The notes under the pieces were generated by a model. The model was not told the DNA's origin. It did no database searches and saw only the letters and a list, made by a program, of their open reading frames with translations. This document shows positions 11,659 to 23,242 of a DNA stretch of 54,791 nt, piece by piece. Position 1 is the first letter of the stretch, and every line of letters starts with the position of its first letter. The translations under genes were made by a program, and so were the position numbers. The DNA comes from Octopus bimaculoides (taxonomy: Eukaryota), in NCBI RefSeq assembly GCF_001194135.2, contig NC_068986.1:67958069-68012859 (forward strand), in the 5' to 3' direction.

Positions 11659-11945
11659 ATCTCGACAACGGTTTTAAAACGGTGCCCTTTGGGCGGAATT
11701 TCATCTTGGGGAAGAGATGGAAGTCCGCAGGGTGCTAAACCTGGTGAATAGGGCGGATGCAGAAGCGGTACCATGTTGTTTTTGGCGAGAACCTCACGAG
11801 TGAGGGGAGCTCGGTGAAGAATCCGATTCTTCGCGCTCCACAATTAAGATCACTTTCACCGAATGTCCTCCTTCAAACGCTTCAAAACGTCGCAGTAGAT
11901 CTTTAGATAGAGTGTCTGGCCCTGGGGGCCGAGTTCTCGATACAC
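11655..11945 (-). pseudogene. Mariner transposase catalytic C-terminal fragment
   Basis: Reads IVYRELGPQGQT...YCDVLKRLKEDIR*K*S*LWSAKNRILH(HDNA deleted)RAPLTREVLAKNNMVPLLHPPYSPGLAPC...KGHRFKTVVEI; HPPYSPDLAP is the mariner hallmark. Confidence 0.9.
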
Positions 11946-12934
11946 TATATATCTCATTTCCGATTAAGAGCATCGAAAAATCCCTTATGATATTCTTTCT
12001 GGCAAATTACGCTTTGACTTCATATCTCACTGAAGTCAACTTCGCTTTCTATTCATATGAAATTCATCTTTTCCATATAAAATAATCCAGACCATTTCAT
12101 ATTTGCTTTCATTTTACAAAATTATCCCCATTCTCTGCATGCGTCATGTATCACCCAAGTATTATCAGCTTTCACACTGGAACGCTGGCTTTAGATAATT
12201 AACTTCTTTAAAGGAAAAGCATATTTAATTTTCTTTTCCTTTATCGCTAAAAATGGCCCAAACTGCCAAAACAAAACGTATTCAACACACACAGGAAAAT
12301 CCAGTTTTGTACGCATATTATGTAGTACTTGCCTTTGTTCAACATTTTTGAAGCTTGAGACATGAGCTTGTTTTAATGCCAATTTGCTGCTATTACAAGA
12401 CATATTTTCATGTCGCTTTCTATTATTCCTTGAATCCTTTAAATTTCATTTCTCCAAAATGCCATTTCCTTTACACCCATATACACTCACTAATATACGT
12501 TCAAACACCCCTGACCTCACCCATAACCCTCTTACAAAAACCAGAGATTTTATCAAGTATTTACCAACAACAATATCCTTATCTTTTAATTGTCTTAACC
12601 ACAAATCCATGCATGTGACTACGATGAAAAATATCTCAAATCTGATAACAAAGTAAAATATCTAAAATATGATTTCAATTTACAACCCACCACCCTCATC
12701 AATGTGAGCACACAAACACATATACGTACACATAAAAGCACACACATAAATATTAAAACCCTTCACATCTAAACAACGACACTCTTCATATTTTTCATAC
12801 GATATAGAAAAAAATTCTTCAAATCGCAGAAGTAATAGTCAAATAAAGTAAAAATAAACAAACCAGAATGCCCTGTTTGAAGGATATCTGAATCTAGGCG
12901 CACCGTCCTTGGACATTATATATTATCTCCGGCT

Positions 12935-13168
12935 CCCTAAGGCTTTATAAGTCCAAGCAATCCCAACCGTACTGAACTTACCTCAATGTCAAATGTGTGT
13001 ACATATATGTAAATAAATACGCATAAATACACACACAACATATATATATACATATATATATANNNNNNNNNNNNNNNNNNNNNNNNNNNNNNNNNNNNNN
13101 NNNNNNNNNNNNNNNNNNNNNNNNNNNNNNNNNNNNNNNNNNNNNNNNNNNNNNNNNNNNNNNNNNNN

Positions 13169-13216
<48 letters not shown>

Positions 13217-13402
13217 AAAACATACAAATCTGCACATGCACTGACTCCAAATACTGCACATATACCCACATACATGAAAAATACTCTGTTGATGTTGTCG
13301 AAATTCCATTGAAGGAGCCTTGGGTCTTGCCTAGAAACCGGCTCTTTCTCTATTGGTAAGAAATCTTGAAATAAAAGTGAATAATGGCATACATTCATAC
13401 AT
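12935..13402 (+). mobile_element. Decayed 3' end of the R4/Dong-like element (second copy)
   Basis: 13215-13385 aligns with 43415-43595 (aaacatacaaatctg..cat.cact...ccaaatactgcaca; ttcca.tgaaggagccttg; ccggctctttctctat). L*VQAI at about 12945 corresponds to LQIQAI. It ends in decayed CATA repeats. Confidence 0.8.
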
Positions 13403-16400
13403 TATCGATATACTGGTAATATGACAGTGGAGAATCTATAAAAGAGGTGAAAGAACGATAGAATATTAAATAAATATTTCGCAGCACCAAACAATTCTCT
13501 GAAATATAATTCGCAGTGCAAAGCCTCAGTCTATGAGTAAGGAAAACAGTCATTAAATGTTTAATAAGCAAACGAAATAGTAGCTTGTGGATCAATATAA
13601 AGTAATAATAGCACAACAGAAACCAAATTGGGACACCAAATCGCTCGTGGCCATGATTTGGAAAACGATGCTAAATAAGAAATAAGATGACAGATAATTA
13701 GCTGATAAATACTTTTTCTTTTCTTTAAGTGATTGTAGTATCTTTTTGAAACTTAATACTATGTATGACGAGAAAGACAAAACATAATATTCTCGCTAGC
13801 AGTACTATTAATATGACTATCGCGAATGATTGGAACGAAATGTCATTCAAGGAGACGTGGTCGTGGTAAATCCTTGTCAGCTCTTAAGAGATCTTATATA
13901 ATTAATTTTTTTATGCAGACACAAGGACGCATTTTTTCTTAATGATAGTAGCGCACGAAATATATTGCTCGAGGTTTAGATCTTCCTGGAATATGTTAGT
14001 AACGTAGACTGTGAATTGGCTTCAACAAAGAATCGAAACTCTTTCACAGTCTCAGTAGAACTGGAGCGCATTTTTTTTTCTCCCAACCATACAACCACAT
14101 TATACATATTTGGTTTGTTTTTACAAACTGGCACTTTGTGGCATTTATGCATTCATCAGTTTATTCAAACCTCAAAATAAAGTGTATTCGAATCAGAGCT
14201 TAAATTTTCTCACAGGACGTTAATCAAAACAATGATAAAAATTAATTGATAACTGAGTGAGTCTGGTAGATTAAACTTCAATGAGGATTAAGGAGGAAGC
14301 CGTAAAATAGGGTTAATGCAAGGTATATTAGCATTTCACTTCAGTAGTCTCGTAAAGAAAATTCTATTTTGGTAAAATCCCTTAAACTTATGTACCATGT
14401 CAAAGTGTTATTTATTTATCGATTAATTATACTAAAATAGGAAACCAAATATGGTTGAAATATTCCAAACCAAATAATAAATGTTATAGCGTAAACATGT
14501 CGGCTTGACCTGACGCTAAATAAGATGCAGGTTTAGCAAATACAATAATCGACTTATTGCTTATCTTTCGCGAATACGAAGCTTGACTGATCTATTTTTA
14601 GATGACCTAAAGAAGATTAACCACATCAGAATGTGTTCTGTAGTGTTTCTTAGAAATTCTTTAAGCTATTTATATCAAATACTACCGTCAGATAAGAGAA
14701 ATTTTAGGGCATATGTCCAGGAAACGTCATGTTGCTATTTTTAAGAATGAGGAGATGCGTGGACAGTTATTATAATTAATATACATAAGGCTCATATCAT
14801 GTAGAATAAACACACCTTGACTTTCAGCTACATCGAGTCGAATATATATTGTTATTTATTAATAGAAAGTCACGCGTTCTGTTCTTTGGTGTATTTTCAC
14901 AGTATCGCTTGGAGACAATATTTTAGAAAGCGGCTTATATACAATCATATTATTCTAATAAACGACTGGTACTAATTTCGTCGATTCAAAATGAAATGTA
15001 AATTTGACATTTAACGGAATTGGATTCTGGACTCAGAAGGACTAAACCAGATTCTAATGTTGCCGTCATTCCATTGCTTTATAACATTCATTTTTAAGAT
15101 CGACATTTATTGGTTTCTTTTAATTATGGATAAGACCATGTGTGATTAGATGTGGGAGCTGTGAATTGGAATGTTGGTGTCTATCAAATAGAATTGACAT
15201 AATCACTGTAATATGTACACAGCAACGCTAACAAAAATATCTTGAAGTGATTATTACATCTGTGTTGTATAATCGCTCTCTTGTCACATTCATTATTGAA
15301 AATAGAAAGAACTAATGAATAACCTGATGAAAACGTGTAAAACGACGCTATTCTTCACAAAATGCATGATATAACTATTTTTAATCAATAAAATTAAATG
15401 AAGTCAAATAACTGCAACCCAAATCATATCCACGATTTGTCATAAGGTTGATTTTTATTCATTTAGAGAGTAAACACTAATGGTTTGCTTTAACTAGGCA
15501 CGAAAGTAAATTTATCCAGAAAGTTATTATCAGCTTGTATATTAATCGTAGTTAATCAACTCTTTAAGTACAGTATACAAAATCTGCCCCAGCTGTATTC
15601 GAAATCAGAACTAAGATTCCTAAACAAATTACAGTAAATTATAATCAACAAAAGTGCAAAGCTCAGCAACAACCAACGACATTATAAGAACGCACTCCAC
15701 ACAAACAAACCCATTCACATAAGACTCACTCATAAGCACACATAAACACTCTTATTCGCACAAAAACATCCATCCTCAGTTCTAAAAACAGCTAATACAG
15801 TGCTACAGGCTTTTCTTTGCCAAATGCAGGAGATTTCATTGTGTATATTAAAGAAGGCTGCCTCTAATTATAATTTTGGATAACACAAAAAAGAACTCCG
15901 TGGCTTTGGCAATACACAAGTACCTACTCTTCCAAGCCTCAGTAATACTCTCGAGCTCAAATAAGCCCGTTTAGTCACGTGGAGTTGTCATACGGGTTTT
16001 CTTGTGTCTGTATATTGCACATCCTGAGGTAATCTGATGCAAGTTATGTGTGCAAAAGACGAAAATGTTACTTAACTCTAATTTCTATTGTTATTTTCAT
16101 TCAGCAGGGCTCGTGTATGTTTAAAAGAAACAAAGGGAGAGACTATTATTGCTATTGTTGTCACAAAACGACTCGCTAGAATTGTCCTCATTAGTACCAT
16201 TGTCGATAAATATGTCATAATTATTTTCCTTTAGAACATGCTCGTCTTGCTGTACAATATTCCTGAACATTTTTTTTTATTATTGTGGTTGTCTTTATTT
16301 TCAAAATTTCTTTCTTTGTGAGAGGTGTTTCATAACTACCTTCTCAGTGTTGTGAAAAATGTGCATAATTTATCTACTTATCCGAATGTATGGACAGACT

Positions 16401-16734
16401 TCCAAATTCTTTGAAGGCTCTCTGTTCTTGAATATATTTTAAACAATTTTTCCATGCTCTTGTACATAGTAAACTCTAGAGCGTTGAAGAATAGTTTGAA
16501 AACACGTCAATTACTCTATTGGGGACAGCTAGGACTTTGAGTTTGACACTTGCGTGTTGAGTGTCTTTCACGATAGTGTCTTTAACATCCAGGTACCAAA
16601 GCTTATAATTTGCGGAAAGAGACCCTGTGAGACCTCTGACAACAGGCTGCTGTCCACTCTCACAAAATCAACCAGAGCAAGTAAGATTGAGAGCTCTGAA
16701 ATGTAAAATAATAATAATAATTATTATTATTATT

Positions 16735-17099
16735 ATTATTATTATTATTTCAAATTCTTGCCACAAGGGCAGCTTGGGGAAGATGGAAATGTGGCGATTA
16801 CATCAGCGCCAGTGTCCAACTGGTACTTATTTTATCAACTCCGAAGGATGAAAGGCAAAGTCGACCTCGGTGGTAATAATAATAATGTGATGATTTCAAA
16901 TTTCGGCACTAAGCCAGTAAGATCGGGGAGGGGATAAGTCAATTACATCGACCCCAGTGTTCAACTGGTACTTATTTTATCGACCCTGAAAGGATTAAAG
17001 GCAAAGGCTACCTCGGCGGAATTTGAACTCGGAACGTAGCGGCAGACGACATGCCGCTAAGCATTTCGCCCAGCGTACTAACGATTCTGCCAGCCAGCC

Positions 17100-17138
<39 letters not shown>

Positions 17139-17360
17139 TAATTATTTCTAATTTTGGCACAAAGCAGCAAGTTTTGGGATAGGGGTTAATCGATTACAGC
17201 GGCCCCCAGTATTCAGCTGGTAATTATTTTATCGATTCTAAATGGATGGAAGACAAGCATTAACTTCGGCGGAATTTCAACACACAAAAAAAGCGCAAAC
17301 AGATGGAAGAAATGCCGCTAAGCATTTTAGCCGACGCTAACGATTCTGTCATCTCGCCAC
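16735..17360 (-). mobile_element. Three tandem co-oriented family A SINEs (16735-16872, 16895-17100, 17145-17360) separated by (AAT)n
   Basis: Repeated family A motifs (gaaggatgaaaggcaaagtcgacctcgg; ctaagcattt...ctaacgattctg) interleaved with AAT/ATT arrays. Confidence 0.9.
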
Positions 17361-17371
17361 CTTACTACTAC

Positions 17372-17413
<42 letters not shown>

Positions 17414-18037
17414 TGCTACCACTTAATAATAAGAGCACTCAGTGAGCGCAAACCTCCGCCAATGTTTCTTTATTTTGGCACTACGGCCACAACACAGAGG
17501 GGACACTACAAAGACAGGCACAACACCACAGTGGGGACAAAAACATAAAATGAATGAAAATGCGATGTTATATAAAAATGAGAAATGAAATGGCTGCATG
17601 GACCCCACTCCCATGTAGTATCATTTGAACGTTTATATAAACTATTTATAATCGTTCTATTATCTTATTGTTTTTTCCTTAATCTCGTTTTTTCCTTAAT
17701 CTCGTTTTTTCCTCTTTTTTTAAGTGAAGCAATTTGACTTTTTCCTTTTCTTCAATAAAACAATTTTACTTTTTTACCTTTTAATATCTCATGAAAGGTT
17801 CTAAATCATTTAGTTCCGCTACAGGTGGCAATTCATCTAACTTCACATTGACTTATCGTCTGGATGAAAATTCTGTGTTGTTGTGGTATTGCTTCTTGAA
17901 CGCTTTTGTTGACACTTTGTTATACTGCCTTGTGGCAATTGTAAAATTTATTGTTTTCTGTTAAAGACTTGTTAATTGCTATTTGAAAGCATTTTCTTTT
18001 ATTCCCCCGTTGGGGGGAATAATTACTTTAAAATATC

Positions 18038-19353
18038 ATGTTGTGCGGCAACGCAGACAATAGCACGTCGGAAACGAGCGCAACAGAAAGCTCACCAACG
18101 ACACCAATGACACCCCAACCAATGACGCCACAAGATTTTCCAAGTCTCCCGACTGAGACCCCCCCCCCAAATTACCATTGTATCAACAAGAAATATAGCA
18201 GTGAAAAGTTTACAAAAAGAAGAGAAAAAAGTTTTGCAACAGCAGCCGGGAGTCGAACCCGGAAACTCAATACAGAAAAAGAAGAATTTAAAAAGTACAC
18301 AAATATGTTACAAAAAGAAGGAACCACGATGAAAGTAAAACCTCTACAGAGAGTGTTAGAAGCGGAAAAAAGAAAAACAATAATATACAAAACGTACAAT
18401 CTTAAAAGAAGAAAAATGGACAGAATAGCTGAAGAAACACTGGAAAAAGGTTTACAGCAAATATGGTCCGATATTGAATACATAACTCACAGCAAAAAGT
18501 TTGGCACAATAGAGGTGAAAATGGTAAGTGAAGTAAAGGCACAATACCATTCAGTTGAAACTGTAAAGACGGACGACGTGGAACTCATACCCATATATAT
18601 AGGAAGGAGAACATCAAGAATTCGACTAGGGAGAATTCCACTGGAGGTGGACCCCATGTGGTTGATAGCAACCGTAACCATGAACCTGGAGGAGAAAATC
18701 ACACTCCTCCGGGCGACAGTTACAGAGAAAATGAATTGACACGGCTAAGCAATTGATATGGTTGTACAGGCAGAGCCGCAAGCTCTCGAAGAAATACCAG
18801 AGAAAATAGAAATAGCAGACGAGTCCCTCATAGTGTTTGTGGAGTGACGAAAACCAAGGTGCTTTCAGTGCGACCAACTGGGACATATCCACTCGGAATG
18901 CAAAAAAGGAGAGGAAGAGGAGGAGGAAGAAAGAGAGGAGAAGAAAGAAAATCAGAAAGAAAACCAGATAAGAAGTAAAAGGAAAATACTCCAGACAGTA
19001 CCAGCTAAAACGGTGCCTGCAGACAAGAGGCCGAAGAAGACAGCTAAAGAGAGAGAATGAAGAGAGATTTAGCAGCATTTAATGTAGGGGAAAAGGAGTT
19101 GATGAAAGAATTAAATTTGAAAAAGACATTGAAAAGGGTAGATGAACACTCAGACAAGTATGAAAATTACGAAATCTACGATATTGATTTAAAAAGTCAT
19201 AAAATCCTGAGGAATAAATTCAGGAAAACAGTTGGGACAATGAGAAAAGACTTTCATCCTTTGATTTTTAACGACCTACCGGCTCCGATCCTGCGAGCAA
19301 GGAAAAAAAAAGAAGAGATGGAGACTTCCTCTTCTCCTGATACTACAGAATAA
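18038..19353 (+). pseudogene. L1/Tx1-like LINE ORF1 (gag-like, CCHC zinc knuckle), disrupted
   Basis: The 233-aa ORF continues in frame through 3 stops (18737, 18746, 18845) to CFQCDQLGHIHSEC (CX2CX4HX4C, 18860-18901) and a Glu/Lys-rich tract. One frameshift near 19057 leads into the 98-aa ORF ending at 19353. Confidence 0.85.
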
Positions 19354-19368
19354 CTAAGGTAAGAGATT

Positions 19369-19524
19369 ATGGCTATTCGTATCGGTTGTGTAAATGTACG
19401 TGGCCTGATGTCGAGTTGGAAGCAAGGGCGTTTCCTAAATGACATCAGGTCTAGGGATTTGGATGTAATTGTTGCTACAGAAACCCGGTTGAAGGTTGAG
19501 GCATCTCTGGAATCTTCTAGATGG
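19369..19524 (+). pseudogene. Start of LINE ORF2 (APE N-terminus), 3'-truncated
   Basis: MAIRIGCVNVRGLMSSWKQGRFLNDIRSRDLDVIVATETRL: the N(V)RGL and D..(A/Q)ET motifs of APE, starting 15 nt after the ORF1 stop. Confidence 0.85.
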
Positions 19525-20260
19525 TGAACGGGTTTGGAAAATATGATTATTCAAGGTTTAAAAGAAGTGGTAGAAGAAATGGCTGAAACGGTGACAGTGA
19601 ACGGAACTATTATGAATGTATGGGTGGAGGGAAGAATCCCTCGCTGTTTAAATGTGGTCAGAAGGGCCACATAAGAGCGAAATTCCCTCTACCGGATAAA
19701 GAAGCTGGGGAAATGCAAGAAGATCTCAGGAGAAGCCACAAGAAAAGCTCCAGGATGGGCAAGAGGAGGAAAAAATGGTACCAGTAGAAACAGAAAAAGA
19801 AAAAGAAGAGGAAGAATGGGAAAATACCAGAAAAAGAAAGAGAAGGAAGAGAAAAAAGATAAGTCCAACACATACAGAACTTCACCCTACAACTACCCAA
19901 GGCCCACCCATACCCTCTTTGTCCCACCCTCGCCCTGCAGACTCTAAGCCTTCCTACTCCCCTCCATCACAAAAACAAAACAAAAGAACACTTTCACTCA
20001 ATGAGTCACAAACTTCCCCTGCTATTGGCTGTTTTGCGTGTGTAATATATGATGATGAACTGTTTGAAAGGGTAATTGAACAGAACACAATTCATGTTGA
20101 TGTAGAGAATGAAGAGTGTAATGGAGTGGTAGGTACGATTCTGTTAATAACGGAACAGAAACGGATGGAAATAAAGATATACAAAGAGGAATGTGGGGTG
20201 TAGAAAGTAGACTTTAACAAAGAAAAACTACCACAGTTTATAGAATATAAAGACTTTTAA
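19525..20260 (+). pseudogene. Second, divergent LINE ORF1 C-terminal half with a zinc knuckle
   Basis: Reads ...TVTVNGTIMNVWVEGRIPRC, then after a 1-nt frameshift KCGQKGHIRAKF (decayed CX2CX4HX4C). It parallels VFVE*RKPRCFQC of the first copy and is followed by an E/K/R-rich and P/S-rich ORF (19775-20203). Confidence 0.7.
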
Positions 20261-20394
20261 AAAGGTATGGGATAGACATAATGGAGAACAGAGAAAAGGA
20301 AGCAAGTGATGTTACTTGATGGGCCAAGTAACACCATTTTCATTATATCATACGTTTTATGTCCCCAATGTGATGTATGTCCCTCTTTGTTGGC

Positions 20395-20538
20395 CCGTTA
20401 TGGGTAACAAAAAAATCAAACATTCCTGAAAGTTTCATCAGAATCCATCCAGCAGTTCTTGAGATATCTTGTCCACGTACAAACAAACAAATACGACTGA
20501 AAAACAATATCTCCGCCATAGCGAAGGCAGAGGTAATA
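20395..20538 (-). mobile_element. Probable Helentron-associated (HINE/DINE-1-like) non-autonomous element end
   Basis: Minus strand: ttattacctctgccttcgctatggcggaga hairpin, then (gttt)n, then aagaactgctggatggattctgatgaaacttt. This order is typical of HINE/DINE-1-like elements. Confidence 0.5.
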
Positions 20539-20539
20539 A

Positions 20540-20745
20540 TTTTGACATAAGGTCAGCAGTTTTTTTAAGGGAAGGGATAAGTTGATTACATCGACCCTAG
20601 TATTTAACTGGTATTTATTATATCGACGCTAAAAGGATGAAAGGCACAGTTAAGCACGGTGGAATTTGAACCCAGAATACGAAGAGCCGGAAGAAATACC
20701 ACTAAGCCTTTTGTCCGAATCGCTAACGGTTTTACTTGATCGCCG
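20540..20745 (-). mobile_element. Family A SINE
   Basis: Reverse complement of the family A consensus, diverged. Confidence 0.8.
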
Positions 20746-21536
20746 CATTAACCTATACTATGTATAAAGAAGAAAGCTGCTTGTTAATTTGTTGGAATTA
20801 TCTAACTTTTACTACAAGACATTAATTATAAAATTCTCCATTGTCAAGATAATTTTTAAAATTTCCAGTGCTAATGTATTTTTAACNNNNNNNNNNNNNN
20901 NNNNNNNNNNNNNNNNNNNNNNNNNNNNNNNNNNNNNNNNNNNNNNNNNNNNNNNNNNNNNNNNNNNNNNNNNNNNNNNNNNNNNNNNNNNNNNNNNNNN
21001 NNNNNNNNNNNNNNNNNNNNNNNNNNNNNNNNNNNNNNNNNNNNNNNNNNNNNNNNNNNNNNNNNNNNNNNNNNNNNNNNNNNNNNNNNNNNNNNNNNNN
21101 NNNNNNNNNNNNNNNNNNNNNNNNNNNNNNNNNNNNNNNNNNNNNNNNNNNNNNNNNNNNNNNNNNNNNNNNNNNNNNNNNNNNNNNNNNNNNNNNNNNN
21201 NNNNNNNNNNNNNNNNNNNNNNNNNNNNNNNNNNNNNNNNNNNNNNNNNNNNNNNNNNNNNNNNNNNNNNNNNNNNNNNNNNNNNNNNNNNNNNNNNNNN
21301 NNNNNNNNNNNNNNNNNNNNNNNNNNNNNNNNNNNNNNNNNNNNNNNNNNNNNNNNNNNNNNNNNNNNNNNNNNNNNNNNNNNNNNNNNNNNNNNNNNNN
21401 NNNNNAGTAACAAGCTAGCGATCGAAATATATATTATACAAAACAAACTGTATTAATACGCATATGCTTTAAAGGCAAGCGGATACATTTATAAACATAA
21501 TATATTCCAGCACAATTTTACAAAAAATATGAATAT

Positions 21537-21890
21537 AGACGCAGGCGTGGCCTTATGGTAAGAAGTTTGCATCCCAACCACATGGTTCTGAATTCATTTC
21601 CATTGCGTGGCACCTAGGGCAAGTAGAATAGCCTCGGGCCGACCAAAGCCTCGTGAGTTTATTTGGTAGACGGAGACTGAAACATGACCGTCGTATATGT
21701 ATGTGTATATTTAGATTTGTGTATGACAACCGGTGTTGCTGGATTCACGACCCTGTAAGCGGCTCGCAAGCAAAACTGATAGAGTAAGTGTCAGGCTTTT
21801 AAAAAAAGTACTGCGGTCGATTCGTTCAACTAAAAATTCTTCAACCTGGTGCCCCAGCATGGCTGCAGTCTAATGATTGAAACAAGTTAA
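21537..21890 (+). mobile_element. Family B SINE, diverged
   Basis: gcaggcgtggcc..tggtaagaagtttgc head, gcctcgggccgaccaaagcc core and ccagcatggctgcagtc...gaaacaag end. Confidence 0.85.
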
Positions 21891-21992
21891 AAATAAAATA
21901 TATAAGTTACACTTGAAAGGTGACTTTTACAACAGTGTCTAACGAAGTGAACGCTCAACACTCTTTCTAGATCATTTACACACATGTTCATA

Positions 21993-22315
21993 ACACATGG
22001 CTCAGTGGTTAGGGCATCGGACTTACAATCGTGACGGAATGAGTTCGATTTCTGTACCAGGTTGTGTGTTGTGCTGAGCATGACACTTTATTTCACGTTG
22101 CAACTGTTCACTAGAAATGAGCTGCGATGTCACTGGCAAAGATGTATTGGCCTTTGCCTTTCCCTTGGGCAAAATCAGTGGCGTGAAGAGGGGAGATTAA
22201 TATGAATGGGCGATCGCTGGTCTTCCACAAACAGATTTGCTTGGATTTGTACCACGAAGGAGAACTTTCTAGGTGCAATCCCTTGGTCATTTGCGACCGA
22301 AGTGGCGTCTTAAAC
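21993..22315 (+). mobile_element. Family D tRNA-headed SINE
   Basis: tggctcagtggttagggc A box and gagttcgatt B box; body homologous to 51053-51385 (minus). Confidence 0.85.
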
Positions 22316-22729
22316 ATGACGTATAAACAAAACAGTGGAATCACACTTTATTTACCACATATGCGACGAACATTTGAGGAAGGAGTTAAGAGGTGACCTG
22401 AAATCGATTTGAAATTACTTGCGGAGGAATTTTTGGGCCCTCCTTAATCTGAATGCAATTTCAAGTTACCGGGAGGTCAGCTGAATGGGTCGAAAAAATC
22501 CGAAATTGCTACATCGGCATAATTTGAAAAAAAATATCAAAAGGAATTTGTTGGTATGGCTGTTTTGTATGTCATAGGCCTTAGAATATACCTACGTGAC
22601 TCCTATTTCTATCGTAATAAACGACTACATAATGGATATAATACCTTTGAGTTTGTTTAGAAAAGAGATATTAAGACTGCGATAAAATAATGCAAGAAAT
22701 ATTTATTGAGCGAGTGAATACTACTAGAC

Positions 22730-23071
22730 CAGTGGTTCTCAATAATTTTTATCTATGGACCCCTTCAATTACTATTTTATTCTCGTGGATTTCCCCCATA
22801 GCAACTCGATGTTTAAAAACTAATGTTATAAATACTTCTTTCAAGATTCCTATTTTGTTATTCGCACACTCACTTGTATATATTGAACTATGTAAAATGT
22901 TAGAGAAAGAAGCCTAGCTGTTTCTTGCAATACATGCATTTAAATCAAAACTTTTCATAGATTCTTAAAATATTATTGTACATCCCCAATTTACCATTTT
23001 GCTAGCGTGGACCCCCAAAAACCTGATATGGACTCCCAAGGAGGAATATGGACCCCGGTCGTGAGCCACTG
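22730..23071. mobile_element. hAT (Charlie-like) MITE with 8-bp TSD
   Basis: Termini CAGTGGTTCTCAA ... GTGAGCCACTG. Flanks are tactagac (22722-22729) and tattagac (23072-23079), one mismatch. Repeated subterminal ggacccc motifs. Confidence 0.85.
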
Positions 23072-23242
23072 TATTAGACGACTAAAGGATACAAAATTAG
23101 ATATAACTTATTAGAAAAAAATACACAAGTCTATATTCATAATTTTAGTAAAATTGTGCTGGAATATATTATGTTTATAAATGTATCCGCTTGCCTTTAA
23201 AGCGTATGCGTATTAATACAGTTTGTTTTGTATAACATATAG

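Noticed and set aside
16085-16235. Acceptor-like ttttcattcagcag followed by about 43 open codons
   Set aside because: No recognisable protein, no convincing donor or partner exon; it ends in a stop.
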